Positions 1-8,704 of a DNA stretch of 10,000 nt are shown piece after piece. Every line of letters starts with the position of its first letter. The stretch's first letter is position 1. The notes beneath the pieces were generated by a model. The model did not search any database and was not told the origin of the DNA. It worked only from the letters and a program-made list of their open reading frames with translations. The DNA lies in contig JBECUI020000071.1 of the NCBI GenBank assembly GCA_040954595.2, forward strand, positions 1-10,000, given 5' to 3'. The translations under genes were made by a program, and so were the position numbers. The stretch is from Balanoglossus misakiensis (taxonomy: Eukaryota > Animalia > Hemichordata).

Positions 1-634
1 TTACCTCCATACCTTACCTACAAACAAACAAACAAACAAACAAACAAACAAACAAACAAACAAACCTCCATCCATCATCATCATCATCATCTTCTTCATC
101 TTCATCATCATCATCAATCCATCATCATAATCATTATCATCATCATCATCTTCATCATTATCATTTTCATCATCATCATCATTCCATCATAATCTTCATC
201 ATCATCATCACAATCATCATCATCATCATCATCTTAATCATCACAATCATCATTATCATCATCATCTTCATCATCATCATCACAATCATCATCATCTTCA
301 TTATCATCATCACAATCATCATCTTCATCATCATCATCATCATCATTCAATCATCACATCATCATCACAATCATCATCATCATCATCACCTTACCTCCAT
401 ACCTACCTACAAACAAACAAACAAACAAACAAACCTCCATCCATCATCATCATCATCTTCATCATCATCATCATCATAACAATCATCATCACAATCATCA
501 TCATCATCATCTTCATCATTATCATCATCTCATCATAATCATCATCATCATTTTCATCATCATCATCACATCCCATCATCATCATCATCATCATCATTAT
601 CATCTTCATCATCATCATCTTCATCATCATCATC

Positions 635-667
<33 letters not shown>

Positions 668-3020
668 CAATCATCATCTTCATCATCATCTTCATCACCT
701 TACCTCCATACATACAAACAAACAAACAAACAAACAAACAAACAAACAAACAAACAAACAAACAAACAAACAAACAAACCTCCATCATCATCATCATTCC
801 ATCATCATTATCATCATCTTCATCATCATCATTTTCTTCATTTTCATCATCATCTTTTCATCATAATCTCCATCATCATCATCATCTTCATCATCATCAT
901 TACAATCATCATCATCTTCATTATCATCCTCACAATCATCATCTTCATCATCTTCATCTCCATCATCATCATCACAATCATCATTATCATCATCATCTTC
1001 ATCATTATCATCACAATCATCATCATCTTATTATCATCATCACAATCATCATCTTCATCTTCATCATCTTCATCATAATCATCATCATCATTTTCATCGT
1101 CATCATCACAATCATCATCATCACAATCATCATCATTATCATCTTCATCATCATCTTCATCATCATCTTCATCATCATCATCATCACAATCATCATCTTC
1201 ATCACCTTACCTCCATACATACCTACAAACAAACAAACAAACAAACAAACAAACAAACAAACAAACAAACAAACAAACCTTCATCATCATCATCATTCCA
1301 TCATCATTATCATCATCTTCATCATCATCATTTTCATCATTTTCATCATCATCTTCATTTCATCATAATCTTCATCATCATCATCATCTTCATCATCATC
1401 ACAATCATCATCATCTTCATTATCATCCCCACAATCATCATCTTCATCATCTTCATCTCCATCATCCATCATCACAATCATCATTATCATCATCATCTTC
1501 ATCATTATCATCACAATCATCATCATCTTATTATCATTATCACAATCATCATCTTCATCTTCATCATCTTCATCTTCATCCATCATCATCATCATCATTA
1601 TCATCATCATCATCATCTTCATCATCATATCATCACCTTACCTCCATACCTACCTACAAACAAACAAACAAACAAACAAACAAACAACTCAATCCATCAT
1701 CATCATCCATCTTCTTCTCTTCATCATCATCATCATTCCATCATCATCATCATTATCATCATCATCATCTTCATCATTATCATTTTCATCATCATCTTCA
1801 TCATTCCATCTAATCTTCATCATCATCATCACAATCATCATCATCATCATCATCATCTTAATCATCACAATCATCATTTTCATCATCATCTTCATTCATC
1901 ATAATCATCATCATCATCTCATCATCATTACATCATCATCACCATCATCATCATCATCACAATCATCATCATCTTCATTATCATCCTCACATTATCATCT
2001 TCATCTTCATCATCTTCATCTCCATCATCATCATCACAATCATCATTATCATCATCATCTTCATCATCATCATCATCACAATCATCATCATCTTCATTAT
2101 CATCCTCACAATCATTATCTTCATCTTCATCATCTTCATCTCCATCATCATCATCACAATCATTATTATCATCATCATCTTCATCATCATCACCATCATC
2201 ATCATCATCTTCATCATCATCATCAACACAATCATCATCATCTTCATTATCATCATCACAATCATCATCATCATCACAATCATTATTATCATCATCATCT
2301 TCATCATCATCACCATCATCATCATCATCTTCATCATCATCTTCATCATCATCTTCATCACCTTACCTCCATACCTACCTACAAACAAACAAACAAACAA
2401 ACAAACAAACCTCCATCCATCATCATCTTCATCATCTTCATCTTCATCATTATCATCATCATCTTAATCATCATCATCATCATCATCATCACAATCATCA
2501 TCATCATCATCATCATCATCACAATCATCATCATCTTCATCATTATCATCATCTTCATCATAATCATCATCATCATCATTTTCATCATCATCATCAAAAA
2601 TCATCATCATCACAAACATCATCATCATCACAATCATCATCATTATCATCATCTTCATCATCATCATCTTCATCATCATCATCATCATCATCACAATCAT
2701 CATCTTCATCATCATCTTCATCATCTTCATCACCTTACATACCTACAAACAAACAAACAAACCTCCATCATCATCATCATTCCATCATCATCATCATTTT
2801 CATCATCATCTTCATCATCATCATCATCATCATCATCATCTTCATCATCATCATCACAATCATCATTATCATCATCACCTTACCTCCATACATACCTACA
2901 AACAAACAAACAAACCTCCATCGTCATCATCATCATCATAATCATCTTCATTATCACAATCATCATCATCACAATTATCATCATCATTATCATTACAATC
3001 ATCATCATCACAATCATCAT
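1..3020. repeat. Compound satellite: degenerate (CAT)n/(ATG)n tracts interleaved with CACCTTACCTCCATAC(C/A)TAC-(AAAC)n-CTCCATC modules; left end runs off the window
   Basis: Seen directly: CAT triplets with recurrent variants (CTT, TAT, CAC-AAT, TTT, AAT). The TTAC(CTC)CATAC module starts at 1, 391, 700, 1207, 1638, 2363, 2735 and 2880, each followed by a variable (AAAC)n run. All poly-Met/poly-Asp and FVCL ORFs in the track are translations of this repeat. Confidence 0.97.
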
Positions 3021-3114
3021 CGTCAACCAACGTCCATATATACAAACAAGCGCCCTCCAAACACACAAACTACCACACTCCTACAGACTGCCATATTTCA
3101 TACCCACTACAATA

Positions 3115-3153
3115 ATTCTACATTTAGATTCCATACGAATCTAAATTTAGAAT
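3115..3153. other. 17-bp inverted repeat (1 mismatch, 5-nt loop) at the left edge of the L1/Tx1 remnant
   Basis: ATTCTA-C-ATTTAGATTC (3115-3131), loop CATAC, GAATCTAAAT-T-TAGAAT (3137-3153). Confidence 0.85.
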
Positions 3154-3330
3154 GTTTTCAATTTTATCTTCACAGAAATATCTACAAGAACAAGGTTTTA
3201 AAGAAACTGGGTAAAGTTGACAGCGAGCTTTGTAACTTCTGTTCTGAATACCCTGATTCTATATTACATCGATGATGGTTTTGCTCAGTTGTTAAAGCTT
3301 TTTGGAGGGAATATTGTATTTATTTGATGA
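3137..3330 (+). mobile_element. Decayed fragment of L1/Tx1-clade non-LTR retrotransposon ORF2 C-terminus (zf-RVT-like CCHC zinc knuckle)
   Basis: Manual translation with one frameshift near 3157: ESKFRMF/QFYLHRNIYKNKVLKKLGKVDSELCNFCSEYPDSILHR*WFCSVVKAFW. CX2CX8HX4C at 3231-3284 followed by FW, and the upstream FQF..LHR motif, match the L1/Tx1 ORF2 C-terminus. In-frame TGA at 3273-3275. Not in the ORF track. Confidence 0.8.
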
Positions 3331-3354
3331 TTTTAACATTGATATACAACTTGA

Positions 3355-3430
3355 GGCCAAACAAAAAAGTATGTGCTCTTCCTATTACATGGTTTACAGA
3401 AATAGGGTAGGTGGCATAGGAAGTTTTTTT
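3355..3430. mobile_element. Possible solo terminus of a non-autonomous DNA transposon (Zator-like GGCCAAA end)
   Basis: GGCCAAACAAAAAAGTATGTGCTCTTCCTATTACATGG...TAGGGTAGGT resembles, from memory, termini of marine-invertebrate non-autonomous DNA transposons, and begins about where L1/Tx1 similarity stops. No matching opposite TIR or TSD found in the window. Confidence 0.3.
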
Positions 3431-4269
3431 TACTGTGCAATATTGTTATATCTTTGGCCACCGTAGTGTAGAAGAATGACGTCATAGTCGTTGTGCATTT
3501 CGCACAAATTTCCTTTTTTTTGCATTTGACATTGTTATTTTTACTTCCAGTTCACGAAGCTCTAAAAAGTTTAGGATCAGCGGGCTAAAATTAGTATAGA
3601 TATGGTACATCTACTTATTCTTGCCAAAAATATATATGTTAGTCATTTTAAAAACCCTCAGAGACTTGTATGACACAATTACATGAACATGGTAACAGAA
3701 GTCGAATATTGTATTGCATTGAAAAATGGAACACTTGAGAAACACCAGTGTTAATGCATCTGTTAAACGGATTTCAACTCCGTAGCCTTGCTTTCTTTTT
3801 CGTCCTAATCTTTTTCGTGTACTGTAGTTTTTTTTATCTGTTTTATGTACTTGTTTTGTTTTGCATTATTAAATATATTATTAAAAAAATCCGTTGTTGA
3901 TGAATGTTGTCTTGTTTTCATTGACGGGTTCTGAACAATTTAGGTAGTCGACGTCTAGTATCTAGCCATTTTCTGTCCGCTTTGCTTCCAAAACTACGTC
4001 TATCGTCATGCATGTCACTGGCCCTGCCTCATACCCCTCAAGTATTTCGGGCAATATTTACGTCTTGCATGTAGCTACAGTTGCCCAAATGTTTCTTATA
4101 TCTTCATTATGTAGTATTCCATGATAAATGTACGGGAAAAATGGGCAATTTTCGATGATGAAAAAGGGATAAGCATGAGAAAAACAGGGGCTTTAAGGAA
4201 ATGCATTATACTCTCTGTGTGTGTCTTCATTGATATGCGTCACATTTATCAGCCCGTTAAAATAATACT

Positions 4270-4305
4270 CTGATGAAGTTTTTGGTTAGACTGAAAATAA
4301 TTTTA
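4270..4305 (+). ncRNA. Degenerate hammerhead-ribozyme-like core (possible Penelope-like element remnant)
   Basis: CTGATGA (4270-4276), stem II AGTTT/AGACT with one G-U pair (4277-4292), GAAA (4293-4296). Stems I and III do not close convincingly. Confidence 0.3.
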
Positions 4306-5079
4306 CTTTCCAAACAATATAAGCTCAGTCATACAATACAGTCATACATTCGGAGATCACAAACGCAGCTTGTCTCGCTGCAGATGGGAAGTGTAGGCAG
4401 AAATCTGAAAAAATATAACACTTCAATTTATGATCATCTCTAATGTGATAATTTCATTGGTCGACTTTTCAAATACAGTGATATTTTTCATATGTTGAAA
4501 ATATCTGAACAGCTCTATCAAAACCTGCTGTGAAAATTTAAAAAAAACGACCATTTTGCAAGTGTTTACTCAAAATTCTACATATATTCTAATTAAAAAT
4601 GGGGAAAAAGCGGGACCACGAAACCAGGTTGCAGGACAACTAAATTATTTTATTTACTGATATGGGGACAGAGTAGTTTCAAAATGGATATACTCACCCC
4701 TGCTCGAAATGTGAAGAGACTCTTGGCTCTCTGTGAAAGCTAACAACAAACGCATCAACATGCATTAATTATGATACTACTGGGGAGTTAATGATAACCT
4801 TGCATCAAGGAGAGAAGTCCACAATGGAGGTTAATCAACCCCTACCCCGTGTGTCATTTTTTCATCAGAAAATGGTGAAAAGTTTGTTGGCATGTAATAT
4901 TGATTACCATAACCAAATCTCTTTAGCCTATGGATTGGCAGCTTTTCGAAAAGACCGTAAATGAGGTGTTTTTTTCATGATCAATTCGGGGGGGGGGGGA
5001 GTATTCGTGGGTCGACAACACGTCAAAGGAAATTATTGTAATGCCCAGCCTTTGAAAAATACGGGTCCTGATAATATTG

Positions 5080-5440
5080 TTGCAGCTTCTCGTGTAAATG
5101 GTACTGTAACATTGAACAACAAAATACCAGCTTTATGTTCTATTATTCATGAGAAGATGACCGATATCCTTGTAGTAACGGAATCTTGGCTGATTGACTC
5201 AAAACAGCATTTGACTATGAATGAACTTCGCTCATCGTTGATTGGTTATAATATCTACAACTCTCCCGGTGCATCTCGTAGAGGTGGCGGAGTGGCAGTA
5301 ATTGTGCGGATAAATCTAACCACCAATGTTTCAACAAACTATAGTTTCTCATCTTTTGAATAAAAGATTTACGTATTCAAGTAAAGTCTGAAATGATCCA
5401 CATGATAGTTGTTTATCGTCCACCACAGTCAAGGAAAAAT
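5080..5440 (+). mobile_element. L2-clade LINE ORF2 pseudogene, segment 1: N-terminal half of APE endonuclease
   Basis: LNNK..., DILVVTESWL, RRGGGVAVIV, SSFE in ORF 4977-5363; after stop 5361-5363 and a frameshift it continues MIHMIVVYRPPQSRKN (to 5440). Left boundary approximate. Confidence 0.9.
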
Positions 5441-5497
5441 AGCGTCAAGGACACTGTGGTCCCATTTGAGGACATAGCAACATAGCAATAAGCATAT

Positions 5498-6185
5498 CTG
5501 CTCTGGATGCCAAGCTATGGAAAAGTAGGTCAAAGGTCACCTGAGGTCATGCAAAATTTGGGCAAGAAATTTTGACCTTATACTGGTCCATGTTCAATAA
5601 AAACCAAACCTATAGCCTTATTGGTTAGCCTGGAATTAGGTATGCACATAATTAATGAGATATGCAGGTGTCACAGGTGACCCCCAATTTTGGCTTTTCA
5701 ATTTTAGTCCCAACCCTCCAAACGCCAAGTCTGTACCTGCTCTGGATGCCAAAATATGGAAAAGTAGGTCAAAGGTCACCTGAGGTCATGCAAAATTTGG
5801 GTAAGAAATGTTGACCCTATACTGGTCCATGTTCAACAAAAACCAAACCTATAGCCCTATTGGTTAGCCTGGAATTAGGTATGCACATAATTAATGAGAT
5901 ATGCAGGTGTCACAGGTGACCCATATTTTGGCTTTTCAATTTTAGTCCCAACCCTCCAAACGCCAAGTCTGTACCTGCTCTGGATGCCGAGATATAGGAA
6001 AGTAGGTCAAAGGTCACCTGAGGTCACCCAAAATTTGGGCAAGAAATTTTGACCCTATACTGGTCCAGGTCCCACAAGAACGAAACCTCTAGCCCTATAA
6101 GTTAGCCCGGAATTAGGTATGCACATAATTAATGTGTTAAACAGGTGTTACAGGTGAGCCCAAAAATTTGCCTTTTATTTTGGCC
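5498..6185. repeat. Tandem array of ~2.9 copies of a 238-239 bp unit inside the Helentron-type element
   Basis: Unit start CTGCTCTGGATGCC at 5498, 5737 and 5975. Copies 1 and 2 are near-identical; copy 3 is more diverged and truncated. Confidence 0.97.
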
Positions 6186-6589
6186 CCATTGTGCTCACTG
6201 ACCAATAGACAGTCACTGTACAGGACTATTGCACAGACCACAATTCCACAATAAGACGTGGACATAGCTTAACTATAGAGGTATAAGTAAAGGTATAAAT
6301 TAAATAAAAAGACTAAAAAATTCATAAAAAATAAAACATCCATGATATTAACTTAACACTTACAGGTCGATGTAAGGTTGACATAAGGTACATGCATACC
6401 AATTTTTAAAGCAATCTGACCAGTAGTTGTTGACTTTCAGAGTTTTGATAAATTTCACATTTTACTGGCTAATTTGCATATTTTTGGGCCTGGCAACTTC
6501 GTTTGGACAAACTCCCATCTACAGCCCAGCCTGCATCTGCACACCAAATATCAAGGTGATACGCGCAGCGGTTTTCAAGTTTTTGATGT

Positions 6590-6637
6590 GGACGGACATA
6601 CAGACATACATACATCCATACATACATCCATACAGAC
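6590..6637. repeat. Tetranucleotide microsatellite (GGAC/AGAC/ATAC/ATCC) of the Helentron-type element
   Basis: GGACGGACATACAGACATACATACATCCATACATACATCCATACAGAC, in the position of the DINE-1 (GTCY)n-type microsatellite. Confidence 0.9.
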
Positions 6638-6695
6638 GCAACCCATCCCATAAGGTCCCATGGTATATAGGCCTATACCAATGGGACCTAAAAAT

Positions 6696-6806
6696 GGTTC
6701 AACACCCAAAGCATTCTTCAGCGAATTCACATCGTTACTGGAGTGCGTTGTCGTTTCGCCTGGAAAATTACTTATATTTGGTGATTTCAACTTTCACATG
6801 GAAGAT
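6696..6806 (+). mobile_element. L2-clade LINE ORF2 pseudogene, segment 2: endonuclease GDFN motif between the two insertions
   Basis: Translates GSTPKAFFSEFTSLLECVVVSPGKLLIFGDFNFHMED; GDFN at 6780-6791. Not called by the ORF track. Confidence 0.92.
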
Positions 6807-6830
6807 AGATAGATAGATAGATAGTTTATT
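6804..6830 (-). repeat. 3' end of the antisense LINE: AATAAA followed by a (CTAT)n tail
   Basis: (GATA)5G at 6804-6824 and TTTATT at 6825-6830 on +. Confidence 0.88.
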
Positions 6831-8699
6831 TCACCAGATAGATGCATTTGACGTAACTGGTGCGGACCAGGGAAGTAGTTCTAGTGGAACTCTAATCGTG
6901 TCCCTGGCCCTAAATACATACAAATCATTGAGACAATTAATATAATTGCCAATTCATATCACAAAGCAATAGTTGGTAGTCAAACAACGTCGTGACGAAG
7001 GTTTATAATCTATGCTCAACAGATACAGTTTCAGAGAGCTTTTAAATAAATTCCTTGATTGGATTGATTTTATTTTTGTAGGAATTTCATTCCAATGCTT
7101 GGTAATAGAATAGTATAAATTATTTTGAGATGAAGTAAGTTTTACTTTGGGAAGCGTAAACTTATCAGAAGAGGCAAATCTTGTAAAATATTTGTGTGAT
7201 ACAAATGAAGCATAGCGATCTAAAGAGTGGGCATAATGCCCTTCCTTTAGATCACACGCAAAGACACAAGTTTGAAATTTACAGAGTTTATAAACATTAA
7301 GAATTCCAGGTAGCTGAAAAAGTGGTGCACTATGTGTATTAGGGCTAGAAAATGTTATAAGTCTCACAAGTCTGTTTTGCAATTTGAAAATACAATCTAA
7401 ATAGGTTTTATACGCATTTCCCCATATTTCAATACAATACATTATATGGGGAAGGATAAGACAATTGTATAATAATAAAATTATAGACTTAGGGAGATAA
7501 TGGCGTACATATGAAATAATACCGATTTTTTGGCGAACCTTCTTTAAAATAATGTTGATGTGAGCCTTCCAGGATAATGATGAGTCAAGAGTAACTCCAA
7601 GATAAACAGCAGATAAAACATTTTGTATTGGTAAATCAGAGAGATATAAATCCCCTTCAGGCTTAAACTTCGCCTGGGCTGTTTTGAAAATAACATAGTT
7701 TGTTTTGTCAATATTAATAGTAAGTTTATTTGACTTACACCAGGTCTGTACTTTAGTAAGCTCAACATTCAGAGTGGCAAGATCGATTTTGTCCTGCTTA
7801 TCTGAACAAAATAATTGGTATCGTCAGCAAATAACCTGAATTGAAAATAGTCTGCGGACCTGCAGATATCATTTATATATACTAGAAAAAGAAGTGGACC
7901 TAGAATTGATCCCTGTGAAATCCCACAGGAGGTCCTTTTCGCTTTTGAAGTACAATTATTGACCTTGACATACTGCTGTCGGTCTTCTATATTAGTCTTA
8001 AGTGTGGATCCCCTAATCCCATAGTGGCATAGCTTAGCTAACAAAATTGTGTGGAGATCTGCTAAAGCTAACTTAGTACTATATTTTGCGAAATCCATAT
8101 TGGCTGTTTGTGAGAATATCAATTTTTTCAAAAAGAGAACACAGTTGCTTATTTACAATAGACTCGTACAGCTTACTAAAGATTGGCAAGACAGAGATAG
8201 GTCTGTAATTTCCTATTTCATGAACACAACCCTTTTTAAAAATTGGTGTTACTCTTGCCATTTTCAGTTTCTCTGGAAAAATACCCTGTGACAAGGAAAT
8301 ATTAACAATATGAGCAAATGGTTCTGTAATATAATCAGCTGCTTCCTTTACAAGTTTTGGATATATTTCATCAAAACCAGCAGCTTAATAATGGTCTAAT
8401 AAATTAATTTCTCTGAGTATATCACCAGAATGCACAGGATGGAAAAAGAAAGAATTAAATGACTAATACCAAGGTAATCATTGAAAATAGCGCTACAATG
8501 TATTTGTGAAGCTAGACTTTGTCCAATGTTGACAAAAAAATTAAAAGCGTCAACTATATCAATATTTTTAGTAACAAAATTCCCAGAGTTTTTGTCATCT
8601 TTTATTTTTTGTGGAGCATTAACCTTTGAACTTTTGTTCAAGATTTCACTGATGACTTGCCATTTTTTGTTGTCCTTCCCAGAGGCTACAGACAGTTGC
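6807..8699 (-). mobile_element. 5'-truncated, decayed Crack/Daphne-like (CR1/L2 group) LINE: linker + RT + C-terminus + 3' UTR
   Basis: Frameshifted ORFs 8396-8701, 8079-8294 (FPEKLKMARVTPIFKKG, NYRPISVLPIFSKLYE, QYGFRK), 7769-8131 (GISQGSILGPLLFLVYINDI; FADD at 7820-7831) and 6954-7442 (YCIEIWGN, HSAPLF). Flanked by AAGAT at 6802-6806 and 8700-8704. The clade assignment is less certain than the LINE call. Confidence 0.9.
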
Positions 8700-8704
8700 A
8701 AGAT

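Larger units (their letters stand above)
5440..6695 (-). mobile_element. Non-autonomous Helentron-type element (DINE-1/HINE architecture) inserted in the L2 endonuclease
   Basis: Read on the minus strand: T-run; subTIR plus nearby inverted copy (AGGTCCCAT 6653-6661 / ATGGGACCT 6681-6689 on +); GTAT/GTCT/GTCC microsatellite (6590-6637); core; 238-239 bp tandem array; second subTIR (GGTCCCATT 5458-5466, complementary to AATGGGACC 6680-6688); short stem-loop AGCGTC-AAG-GACACT (5441-5455, 1 mismatch); T-run. Flanks rejoin in frame. Exact ends are ambiguous inside the AAAAAT runs. Confidence 0.85.

Noticed and set aside
1-2920. CRISPR-like pattern of a conserved module with variable intervening sequence
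   Set aside because: Intervening tracts are 145-725 bp of microsatellite rather than unique fixed-length spacers; no cas genes; eukaryotic context.
403-3068. Poly-Met/poly-Asp minus-strand ORFs (Asp-rich biomineralisation-like protein) or a poly-His product on +
   Set aside because: Direct translation of (ATG)n. Frames switch between Met, Asp and stop at 1-2 nt indels and at 4-bp AAAC runs; no signal peptide or exon structure is visible.
3430-4870. Host exon, promoter or complete DNA transposon in the AT-rich interval
   Set aside because: No ORF, paired TIRs, TSD or RNA gene that I can support; probably old repeat debris that needs a library search.
4872-5080. NQISLAYGLAAFRKDRK*GVFFMINSGGGGVF as a second endonuclease fragment, and ATG 4977 as the L2 ORF2 start
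   Set aside because: The resemblance to the FRxDR..GGGV motif rests on a few residues and a G homopolymer; no upstream ETWL or downstream YRPP in register. Recognisable L2 similarity begins only near 5080-5110.
6427-6816. ORFs 6427-6816 (+), 6469-6651 (-) and 6575-6790 (-)
   Set aside because: They cross the microsatellite and the element junction; the real coding remnant (GDFN) is in a different + frame.
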